Below, piece by piece: positions 52,506 to 64,000 of a stretch of 64,000 bases of DNA. Below the pieces are notes generated by a model. That model ran no database searches, was not told the origin of the DNA, and was given only the letters and a program-made list of their open reading frames with translations. Location of the stretch: the NCBI GenBank assembly GCA_051362555.1, contig CM120640.1, positions 56,956,788 through 57,020,787 on the forward strand. Direction: 5' to 3'. The stretch comes from Lingula anatina (taxonomy: Eukaryota > Animalia > Brachiopoda). How positions within the stretch are numbered: position 1 is the stretch's first letter; every line of letters starts with the position of its first letter. The position numbers were made by a program, and so were the translations under genes.

Positions 52506-54388
52506 CTTCCTACATTGTACAGGCTAACGAATTTTTTTTAATCGCCAAGAGTATGACAAAATTGTAAAGGCTACGATTTCATCCACCGCCCGTAGCACGG
52601 ACGCCGCACGAGAACGTAAAGAGATAAACGGACATCGCATGGTAAATGTAATCTCGGCTTAACCATATGATGACATATGTTCCTAATCTCGTATCACAAC
52701 AATTCTTTTTTTTGTTTGTTATGTTGGTTCTAACCATTGCTTTTCAAAGTAAACGTTTCAGGTTTGGAGTTTGACGGCGACTATTGATTATATGGGATCC
52801 TGTTATCAATTGTTCCAAAATCGGGAAGAAAAATTTTGATAAATTGAGTAATTGTGGCTCCGAGGCTTGGGTGTTATAAAAACGGAATTTTATCCTCTTT
52901 AATTCAACGTTGCTCTTAGATTTCTTTAATTCGTATGCTTTTTACTTTTTGAATGTCTAAGAATGTATATGAATACTTTTGTCTTCTAAGATGACATTCT
53001 AATTCCAGAAGTATTTGCTTTTGTGTTTTTCTCAGTGACTACGTTGCAAATGGTTCTGGCCAAATTATAAGGTATATTCCTTTAAGTCTTTTAAAATATA
53101 TGAAGGGTGGCACTATTCAAACTCTCAATTATAACTGATGTGTATCTGTACTGTAGCTTTAGAATATACATCGGTAAATTTTCTCCTTGTTTGATGTCAA
53201 TGAAAGAAAACACTGTTGTACAGTTTAAAATATTGAATCATCTAAATTATTAGCGTGGATTTTCCTTTTCTTTCTCGTTGGATGGCTTACCATTTTTTCC
53301 TGAAAAACTAGTACACAGTAGTCCTGTTACTTAAGCACAAAGGAAAATACGAACTGTTCAGTGCGAGAAACATACAAACTGTACATTTTCTCAAACTGTT
53401 TTTCAGACAGACAAAATTGATAAATCAATCAATGCTTAGCTCATAATAGTTTTCATGCCATATGGTTCCTTAATAACCATAAACTAACAATGCTTTTAAT
53501 AGTTTTTCATACCACGTTTTTAATCTTTGGTATTTGAATTATATATACTAACAATACCTTTATAACAAAATTATCATGAGTTACCATCATTTCTATACTC
53601 CTTGAAAAGAAAATGTATGGTTTATGCTAGGTTCCCAAGGGTTTCCTGGAACATTCAGAGAAATGACTTTCAGTTTCCAGTTTAGATCATATCACCCTGA
53701 AGATCCATTGCAGCATCTACATATTTGTACATGTGGCTGGTAATCGGCTGTTCATAAAATGCGTATGCTTTAATACAAGCATCTCAACAATATTTTAAAA
53801 ACATTGGTATTTATGTCTAAAGGTCACAGTGCCCTTTTATTAGAGCTTCAACAAGTGATGGCGCATTACTTTTATTGCAAAAGAAAATTGATTCAAAAAG
53901 GTGATCGCAAAACTAAATTTTCCTCTGCAAATCCAAACAGGCCTAGTTATTTACAACCACTGCAAAAAATCATCCACCACGTGATTTAAGAATTGTTTGC
54001 TGAAATTTAACAACTACGCACAAACAATCCTGGTTTGTGATCAAACAATAGTACATCAACCCCATGGGAGTCTTTTCACTTTTGATTAATTTCACGTAAT
54101 TTGAATGGCATCTCACTCGTTCATTAAGCACTTAAAACCCAAGAGGCATTTTACGTCTTTTTAAATGAAATATATCTTTGTAGAAAACAATTTTAATAAT
54201 TACGTCATCCCCTTAATCTGGAAAATTACAATTAAGCATTTACCCTTCAGTATAGTACTTCGGTCGACAATTTTATGTTCTTCTTTGAAAAATAGCGATA
54301 TATGGGCGTCTACCACGTTCCACATTTAGATTTCGAAAGATTGCATTGTGGAGACAGGAATGAAATATTTGAGAGCGTTTACTACCAC

Positions 54389-55056
54389 CACCCTGAGCTT
54401 CAGAGCTAACTTGACACTAACCTTTTCACTGTAGCCTATCTCCATCGTGTCAAGTAACCTCTGACGAAAATAGTTTGACCTAGTTTATATAAGCCAATCA
54501 AATCCATGTTTCAAAATTTTTCACCAAAGTTTGGTGAAAACGCTGATTGGTTGACCGTCAATCGGCAATCCTCGGCTGATTCCGCAAGCTCCATACTAAC
54601 AACATAGTTATTGTCGAGTGCGGAGACATCCGAGTAGTTCCGAGTGTATTACCGTACACAAAGAAAGCAAGGCGAGTGACTACGAAAAAGAATGTGTTAA
54701 GTTATCTCTTGATTCTTTGAAAAATATGAGTAAATCGGAATTGAAACCATAGGGTCTAGCAGTTTGAGGCCCTGCATCATTATCTACTGAGAGACGATGT
54801 AATTTGCGTGCTGCCCACAGGTTACGGCAAGTCCCTGATATTCAGCCTTATCTTTGATTGGTCCGGATTTGAACAAAGCGCGCTTTGACTCGTTCGCGTT
54901 CATTGGCTAGATCGTTTAATGAGTCATTGAGTGCGGGCTTTTAAATTTGATTGGCGGGCGGCGGAGGCAATCGAATCTGGTCAGAGGTTACTTGACACGA
55001 TGAAGATAGGCTACAGTGAAGAGGTTAGTGTCAAGTTAGCTCTGAAGCTCAGGGTG
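54389..55056. mobile_element. Non-autonomous DNA transposon with long TIRs and 8-bp TSD (hAT or P superfamily)
   Basis: ~77-bp TIRs CACCCTGAGCTTCAGAGCTAACTTGACACTAACC... with few mismatches, flanked by a perfect ACTACCAC direct repeat. Confidence 0.9.
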
Positions 55057-56041
55057 ACTACCACAGACCTGCAGGACTACTTTTATGTTTACCTTAAACT
55101 TTGTGCCAGTGTCAGTAAACCAACGCAGGAACTCCTAGAAACGATTAATAATCGAGCTTTAATGTTCAACACAAAAAGATCAACATGAAAGGGGACTTAA
55201 AATAAATGCAATCATCTAGCGTACTTCCAGCAGACATCAATACATTTTCCACGGCTAATTGGTGTGGATATGCAAAACCGATGATTTATGGAAAGCAAAC
55301 TCGCTATTGATCTGTAAATGCTATACTGAAATGAAAGCCCAGACAATTTCCACTTACAGAAACAAGACCAATGACATTTTGCTGATCGTTTGGATGTTCA
55401 CAAAGTTACGTGATTGAATTATGCTAAAGTAATAAAGCTCTCTATTCCTAGACAACCATTTAGCATAGATGGCATATCATGGTCAAGTCGTTCTCAGACA
55501 ATCATTTAGAACATCCGACCTGGTCAAGTCACCCTTACTTTGAAAACATCTGCCGTAAATACATGCTTTTGAATTGCCTTTTTAACATGCTTGTGTGTGA
55601 ATGCCAAAGCTATAATGAAAATATTACATTTGCAATGCCAAGATAACAATTTTTGTATCTATTTCATCAGATCATCATTGCAAAAATTACGAGAATACAG
55701 CACTGACATTTTTCTGGAGAAGCTAAAAGGCGTTTTATGTACGAAATTCGATGTGTTTGACGTATTGTTCCGTAGGGTAACCGCAACAACAAAGCCATGT
55801 AAGCTGGTCGTACCATAATACGCAGTTGTAAAATCTTTTTCGCGAATTTAGCTACACCATATCAAAAAGCAACATGCGGCTCTTAGAACTGATACTAAGA
55901 ACTCGTTTTTTGATGAATGCACATCTGAACATACAGAGACTGTGTATGTTAAGTATTCAGCGTTTTTTTCTTTTTCTTTTTTCACTGTCAGTGTACTCTA
56001 GCTTCTGTTTTACTATCTGATAGAATACGTAAGAGTTCAAA

Positions 56042-57279
56042 CTACTCTTCCTTGATTTGCGCATAAACCTTCCCTATCTTAATACTTGGTACCACGTCTC
56101 TCGTAGATCTCTGGGTAGAGGTTAAATGGTCATCTCTTTTCATCCAGAGAGCAGGGTATGTTCCACATATTTTGGCCCGTGGGCCCAGCGACTTCACCTG
56201 CAGGTCACTTAGCACAGTTTCTGGATGGAGTACAACAGACGGAGTATCTTCTCTCTGAAATTGAAATTTGAAAACTTTCTCTTAATCTTTTCTGTCCTTT
56301 GTAACGTTCATAACAATTGCAATGGGTCCTCTTACTCAATTACACACAAATCGTAAAAACGCCAGTTACCTTTGTTTTTGGCATTTATGAAGGGAACATT
56401 TTGATGTGTATTGAACATTGCAATTTGTTTATGCTTACATTCGAACGTTCTGTGGCTTTGAAAAGGATGACCGTCTTGTCTAACACATCGTCATAGAAAG
56501 GAGTGATGAAGCACGTAGTAGCTGTGATGTCCTTGTAAATAGTAATATTCTGGAAATATAAAGCTCTTTTAAATGACAGTAGCTAGGTTTAGGCAGACGA
56601 GGCACTTGTCCCGTCTGGAGTTTTCTCATATTTATCATTCGAATAAAGCTGTAAGGGTCGTTTGCCTCCCCACTCGTCTACCAATATTACTACATTGCAA
56701 ACCAGATCAGACAGTCAAATGACCCTCGGTTACTTTTGACATGACTTGTTTATGAAGTTAAAATTTATAATATTTGGGAGAGAGCAGGCCAAAAAATCAA
56801 AAGCGTTTTATATTTAATCAGCTGTTCACACACTTGGTGATTATATAGAGTCTACAGCTTGTTATCATTTGCATCACAATAAAACATTAACTTACCTTCG
56901 TAAAATCATGAACTATAATAGTTCTGTCACAAAGCGTCGTTTGTGGAGTGACCATCATTTTGTACGTGCCCTTTTCAAATATGGGAACAAGTATATTCCT
57001 GCCATTTAGTTCGATTCGCACGCCAGGGGCCTATAATTACAAGATATGTCATTATGAAATGCATTTTTTTCAGATTTTTATTATCATTACTATCATTTAT
57101 TTATTCTACTATATTTCGCTGATAGAAACTTGGGGCATTGCAGTTTTAAAGTGAAAGATATTCTGTATATATAATACTACTAATGGAATAGATTTACCTA
57201 TACACACGATTCAACTTACATAGAACGCCTTAACACACGCAAGCACGCAAACACTCAGCCAGCATATAATCTTCTGCAT
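56042..57279 (-). CDS. Secreted BRICHOS-domain protein C, 172 aa
   Basis: Minus-strand exons 57279-57220 (MQKIICWLSVCVLACVKAFY), 57030-56896 (..LCDRTIIVHDFTK), 56549-56439 (NITIYKDITATTCFITPFYDDVLDK..) and 56254-56042 (..SLGPRAKICGTYPALWMKR..RSTRDVVPSIKIGKVYAQIKEE*). All introns are phase 0 GT-AG. The gene is entirely absent from the ORF track. Confidence 0.9.
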
Positions 57280-60200
57280 TTTGAGGTGTCTTACAGGCCG
57301 ATCTGAAATATAAATCACCCATAAATCATTAAAGATGGTTAAATTGATAAGAGATGTTAGTTAAAAGAAAATCGACAATCACTTTTTACACAAATCTTTT
57401 TTCATTTATATAGAGAAGAAAAAAACAAAACAAAACAAAAAACATCCGTCTACTTCGTAATGTGATACCAATGGCTTATAAAATTACCATAGCGACCAGC
57501 CATAACAATTTATATAAACTACACGCAATTCAATCAGAAACACATCAAATCAGTGAACTTTCCTTTTCTACTTGCCTTCTTTAGCAGGATGCCATCCTCG
57601 GTAAGTTTCGGCTTATCGTTTGGCAGTGCAATTTAAGAAGCCGGTTTTAACGACCGTATATAGCCTTCCGATACGTCAATCATGAAATATCCTGTAGGGA
57701 CAAATTTGTTGAAGTAATCGAAATCCCACTGTTGTCAGGAGAGGAAGTCATTCCTCAGATTTTTTATTTTGGCCCAATATACTTAATCTGGCAATTGACT
57801 TCCAAGATCGAACGAATTTAACAATAAATGATAACGACTCTGTTTTAATTAATGCCGACTTCCAACGCGCCTTGCTTGCTAACAACATGGAAACTTCATT
57901 ACAACCAACAATAGAAACTGTCAGATCTTAAGAGAAGCGTGTCCATCTTGAGTTTGCACAAATTTGGATTCCATGCGGGAAGTCGTCTGATAAGATGATT
58001 AACAGCTCAGAACCTTACTTATGTCAGAAAATTGGGCGCCATCACAAAGGCACCGTTTCCGTGTAGAGCTATTATGTTTTAAAGTGGCTGAACTGTAGTA
58101 ATACATATCAAGCGAAATGTTCTACATTTAAGGACGGTGACGCCGTTCTAAAATATGAAATAGCATACCCCTTTCATTCAGAATTATTTGATTTTGTGTG
58201 CACTGTTTATGTTTCTCTGTAATAAAACCTAAGAGCCTGTCTTATTCCAACCATGGGAAATATGAGTTTAGTGCTGAGTCACAAATCAATAGTCTTAGGT
58301 AACATGTACCATGACATAAAGAACAAAGAAACGTGTTTTATTATCATTTTGTGATTACCAATTATCCAGATCAATATTTTACGTAAGTAACAAATATTTA
58401 TTTTTTGGGATTTCGTGGACAAAAATGTACCTCCACCTCCCCCCCCCCCCCACCACCAAAAAAAGTTGTTTGTGTTTCAAAGATTTCCGTTCCGATTGCA
58501 TTCCAACTTTTCAATGTGTTATATGTGAAAGCGGTATCTTGACTTTAATGATAACGGTCTTTTAAAAACAACAGTAGTTTGATATTCAAAATAAAGTGCT
58601 TGTCGTCTGTGATAGACTAACATGAATGATATTTTTGAGCTTGTCTTATTAACGCTATATGAACGCCTGTTTAAATACATAGGTTATTTAAGGCAAATGC
58701 ACGTGTGTGTAAATCCAAATAAATGTTTGATTAATTTCGTGTCAGAAGTAGACAAGAAGATTTGACTAAACTGTATGATTAGTCTAAAGTTCTAAGAAGC
58801 AAATCACGCAAACACGCTGTTGGCAAAAACAAGTATGACCACAACATCTCGTGCAATGATTTTTAAGTGAAATCATGATATGCGGATACAAAACTCGTCT
58901 TATGCAAACTGCAGGGAAAATGTTACATATTATCATAATTTTGAAGGACACGCACTGATCATCCAAAATTAAAATAATTTGTGACAATTTCGTTCACTTT
59001 ACGCATTTTTTTATTGTACAAAACAATTGTTTATTTTCTAAATTGATATTCTATATTATATAGATATCATATATTATATCATATTAGATATTCTATATCT
59101 ATTCTAGATATGTTTAGAGGAATGCATCTGAAAATATTCTACATGATATACCGTTCTTCAAGTGAGCATTTTACTGATTTTTATGACACTTGATACTGTA
59201 ACCAAAATATTACTCCAGTCAATTTTACAGCAGCAGTATTTGATAAATCGGTTAACAGTCAATTCAGCGAATTCGTTGAAAAATAAAACCTCAATTAATG
59301 TGACATAATGCTGTCAAGACTCCGTTTGCTACTTATCTTGCGTTTGATCTAATATCGTAGAGTCAGTGATATCCCTTATGGAATCGGTATTCTTTACATT
59401 AACTTCCCTGCAACTGTCCAATTCTTGAATTCATTTTGTACAATTAACAATTAAATCCGATCGAAACATTGCTGGTTTTCCATCTGGAGACATATAAGTA
59501 TCAAATAAGCTTTAGGCAAAAAGTTATCTGAAGGTTTAACTGTGCATTTGGAGCCATAACGTGTACCCCAGTGAGATGAAGGTACATGTTAAATGAAGTA
59601 GATAAGTTAGAGGAAGCCTGAAGAAGGGGAATGTAAGATCGGATAAAGCCTTCAGAACGTTCCCCTAATGTCTGACATACACATTAACACGAATACATAT
59701 CCTTGACTGCAAAAAGCACACACATACATACTTACACCATTATATTTTTAGTCGTTAACAAATTTTTAAAGAAAATGTCTGTAAGACATCCGCCAGTGGT
59801 TACTTTTGCAAAACATATCCAAAACTAAGTTGCATAAAAGGTATAAATACGCATTTAGTACCTCCTACAACTAAACGTGCTTAAAGTAGTTCTATTCATA
59901 GTTTCTGCTTACGTCAATGCTAACTCAGCTCAGCACGACTAAGATTCCACTAAAACATGACGACTGCCATTTTATTGTTATTATTCAAAGCCACCATTTC
60001 ATAAGGGTCTACTTATTCAGCTGCGAAAATCACACGTAATGCCTATTTCATGTTTTATAACAGTGTCTTTTGAGAGACAAACGTGACATGGGTCGTGTTA
60101 ATCTCGCATCTCTGGAGTTCAGTAAGTGGCGAAAGAGACACAGCCATGCCATTTTCGGCTCTCAAAGCTCTGTAGTAAAAGACGAACTCGGCATAGGCCT

Positions 60201-61626
60201 TGTCGTTTTCGCATGTAAAGGGGCGTCTAAAAGACGCACGCGTAGGCTCCTATGGGCCATGGTAAGACTGTTCTTTATCGCGTAGGCCTCTATATACGTA
60301 GCTTCTATCAGTTATGGAGGCAAATACTAAAGTGTGAGTCTACAATACAAAATGTTACAGCATTAATAACATTATTTGAATGGACAAAGTTTGGAAACAA
60401 CACACGTTCATTTTCATGTTCTTTGAACAATATGATAAGCCCGTACGAAAGTGTTACACACCAATGGCATTTTAAAAGCAAGAGGGCGATTAGAAAGTAC
60501 CCATTGTTTTTGCTTAAAGCCGTTCCATTTTGGAGTGGCACTGCATTGTATGATCAGCGAGATTTTAGTTGTCTTAAGTCTTCACATAAGCTGTTTATAG
60601 TGAAGTTACGCCAGGCTAGGGAAATGAAGTAACCACAGCTGCCTGAAAACGGCGTTTTAAAAAAGCACTATGCAAAGAGCATTTATTTGGCTTAAACCAA
60701 ATGTAAAAAGGTACCTGGCTTATAAGCGTTTTAAGGCTATCTTGCCATTTGATCTCAATAAAGTATTGATTAGGCAGTGCTAGAGAGGTGATGATGACTG
60801 ATGAACTAGAAAAAAAAGGCATGGTCATGTTATTTTTTTTTCTTTCCTTTCTGTTTTATTTACCAAAATCCACCGTAGGACACTGTAAACTTAGATCATC
60901 TGTTTCAGTAAATTGTTTGACCAAGTGGCTTACTGACCTCTCATAGCCTGAGCACACCCTCTTTATTTCTTATATTTGACACAGGGCTGTGACACAAATT
61001 TGCTTCAAACTATACCTCAGCATCTTTTCTAGAGGTTGAAAGCGTCATGTGGCATTTCGACATCTAGTCTCCTTTTCAGCACTTTTTAGGTCACGACAAA
61101 CCGTGACGTGCAATCATGACTGGGGATATTGGAAATGGAGTATGCGGTAAATCCACTTTACACTGGTACGTATCCAGTGTATTCTGTCAATCCGCCGTCA
61201 GTGTAATAAAAAGCTGTAGTTAGAAGGATATTATGTCCGTTGATCAAGTAAACAATCGCGTCATACACTTGCTTCATATTCGCTATAGGTGATTCACCTG
61301 CACGAACGTGATTCAGTCAAAGGTGATACGTTATTTCTTAAACATGACCAAACGTTATGAACTGTTAAATATTTTGACTTTTTATACATGTAAATAAAAT
61401 GCATTCATAAGTGTTGTACCGTGTTGCATTTTATGTTTCTTACTAATTTTACTGATGCGTAAAAAGGGGTCGTCAAAGAAAATTTGAGCATAACTGTTCC
61501 CTTCAACGTGGAGTTCAGCATGAATTGCGATATTTGAGCAAAGCTGTTGAGATAATACGCATGAATGCGTTCAACACTAAAAAATATACGTTTACAGCAG
61601 AGACATGCTTAACAAAGGAACCACAG

Positions 61627-61840
61627 AGTGCATTCCCAGAGATTTAGATCGATCCATCCGGATCGACCTAACTCCCTGGGGGTTCACGCTAAATTGCAGT
61701 CAGCCGAGCGCGCACGAAAGTTAATTACCCCCTTACAGCTTTTAGTAGGCGGGACAGACGCTTAAGTTGGCTAAGCTGACAGTAATCTAGTGAGACTCCC
61801 CACAGGAATAGATCGATCTAAAATCTATGGGAATAGGGTC
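61627..61840. mobile_element. Palindromic MITE family 1, copy 5
   Basis: Near-identical interior to 19185-19410 (GATCGACCTAACTCCCTGGGGGTTCACGCTAAATTGCAGTCAGCCGAGCG...). Confidence 0.88.
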
Positions 61841-62141
61841 ATAGTCGGAATTAAAAAATTTAAATTCACAATCTCTGTCCACTTTTTCACACTTGAAACA
61901 ATCTCCCTGGAGACAGAAGAGGCATAGCTAATGTTTGCGACTAATGCATACTTAAATTGGGCTACTATGGATTGGAGCTGAAGTAGATCTTATACTGGGT
62001 CTAAAAGTCTGTACCAATTTGGGGGTAATAAGCGTTTGGTGAAACCGGACCAATGTACCTTGCGTTTTGGATCATGTCGCATTATTGCCTATTTAACAAG
62101 AACACTTATAAATATAACAAAACAGTGTTATTCTTCACTTA

Positions 62142-63460
62142 CAGGGTTCCCACTTAGTATGGAATATTATTTTTTGGCGAGTAAATTCTCTACAAAATAT
62201 TTAATTTCTCTCTAACTACTTTAAATCCAAAGCTGAGGTGTCACTCCATGTGTAGCCAGGTGTGTTACCTAATTACCACACAACTCTCGAAACAGTTGAG
62301 GCATGCAGTTGCATGTTGTGTGGTCAGAAATGTGAGGGGTCGTCTTTTCGGCAATTTCTGCCATTGTATAAAAACGCATGGGTTTGGTCAATCTTTGGAG
62401 TGTATTTAGAGAAGCAACAAAGGGATCGCTCTGAAACTTGACAGGTACCTTAGAGAAGATATGGTTCGACAGCTAAGCAACTCAGCTTACTATGGGATTC
62501 TTGCTCTCAGAGAAAATGGCCAGAAACGGACAGCCATTGCCAGGTAATTCAACATTTATCAGGAACCGTTTGTGATGTCCTCCAAAGAAATGCTGCAACA
62601 GGGGCACCTGCTCCAATACCTCGACCAGGGTGTCCGCGTATCACACTAAGAAGACAGGATCACCTTCTCCTTAGAGGACGCCGTGCTGGTCGTACAAAGA
62701 CAACTAGTGTCCTCAGAAAAGAGAGGCAGAATGTCATCCAAACGCCCGTTTCAAGGTCCCTCGTGAACAAGAGATAACTGCAATCCGGTTATTTTGCACG
62801 AAGGCCAGTAGGGAAACCACTGTTAACAGCAGGTCATATACAGCGACGTATGCAATGGGCTGGGGACCACGTGCGTTTGCAGCCAAACCACTGGAATCAC
62901 GTCGTTTTCAGTGATGAGGCCAGCAAACTGGCCGGCAAACTCTCCAGATATGAACCCAATTGAAAATCTGTGGGCGGAAGTAACTCACATAATTAATGGC
63001 TATGGTCTTCGGCCGGTAAATGGTGATGAACTGCGACAGGCAAATATCACTGCGTGGAATGATATCCCCACCAAAACTCTAAAAAACGTGTCACAGGGTA
63101 TGCCACGTAGGATGAGGGCGCTGCAAGCGGCTGCTGGAGGTCATACCCGCAATAACTGACTTTTCATGATTTCCTGTAGTGAGTTCTTTGAGTGTGTAAC
63201 ATATCACTGTTTTTTTAAATATCTTAGCTTAAAATTAATACTAACATCAAACTGTTGACATGGTTTTCCGGGGGTGTTCTTTTCTTTTGAATCATATCTT
63301 ATGTCAGATTAGATATTATTGACCAAAATATCTCACAATAGGCGACTGGATATTTTTATCACTCAATGACATACTTTTTTGATGAATCAAGCCAAAAAAT
63401 ATTTAATCAGCACTCAAAAATAACAATGATAAAAATATTCCATATTAAGTAGTAACCCTG
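62142..63460 (+). mobile_element. Internally deleted Tc1-like transposon
   Basis: TA-flanked TIRs CAGGGTTCCCACTTAGTATGGAATATT / AATATTCCATATTAAGTAGTAACCCTG. Pseudo-transposase from ATG 62461 with a premature stop, then PRPGCPRIT, GYFARRPVGKPLL, WNHVVFSDE and WPANSPDMNPIENLW..AAGGHTR. Confidence 0.92.
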
Positions 63461-64000
63461 TATGTCTAGCAATTTTTTCCATCAAGTATGTCGTCCAAAC
63501 TGTTTCGGGAACGCAATGGAATACAGTAGTATTAGCTACAAGTATTTGATCATATATATTTCTACCAACAATGATACTTGATTCATGAAGCTATAAGATG
63601 CTTTCACGTTGGTTGATACGTCGAAGTACAGTGAAAATCCACTTACTGATAGGGCGAGTCAAAGGCAAATAAGCAGTAAAGTCAGTCTTTGTCAATATTC
63701 AATCAGAGGGCATTAAAATATTTTAAACGAGACAGCAAAAATCAGTATTTCAGTTTTTTAAAGCAGTGGGACTATATGTATACAAAATGTAACAGTGGAG
63801 TAATCTGTAGGATGTCCATAGTCAACGATAAACCTGTTGCTTAAAACCACAGTACGGCAGTACAGTCGCGTGGCCCTTTCAGCGAATATTTAAGATATCG
63901 CCTGATTTTAACCGTTGTCTTGCTCGATTTAACGGCTGATTTAGCAATCATTCCTTCGTCAGTTGAAAAAAAAAAAAAAAAAAACATGCGTCATCTTACC

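Noticed and set aside
58784-58987. Cys-rich minus-strand ORF as a fourth peptide or defensin
   Set aside because: Non-ATG start, no signal peptide or clear splice context, and Cys spacing unrelated to P1-P3.
61091-61225. GVCGKSTLHW segment as a fourth BRICHOS last exon
   Set aside because: Stops in all frames soon after the nearest acceptor, and no HDF or TIYKD exons were found nearby.

Overview
AT-rich, intron-rich animal genomic DNA, probably from a mollusc or other lophotrochozoan (inferred from a Meta-type SINE and gene content, not proven). Most ORF-track entries are spurious; I rebuilt the real genes by splicing exons by hand. The left 17 kb holds the last 8 coding exons of a branched-chain aminotransferase (BCAT), a 5-exon gene for a ~475-aa protein with a stand-alone dynein microtubule-binding-domain-like module, and a complete gamma-secretase subunit APH-1 gene with a GC-AG intron. 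The region from ~18 to 57 kb is an interleaved cluster of two unrelated secreted-protein families. Three are 4-coding-exon BRICHOS-domain proteins (A +, B +, C -), mostly invisible in the ORF track. Three are prepropeptides with an eclosion-hormone-like six-cysteine core (P1 +, P2 +, P3 -). The order is A> P1> P2> B> <P3 <C, which suggests a BRICHOS + peptide unit was duplicated together. This cluster is the best candidate for an undescribed system. Intergenic DNA carries many non-autonomous DNA transposons, two decayed Tc1 elements, a LINE fragment with a solo LTR inside it, and microsatellites. All family assignments come from motif recognition; no searches were run.
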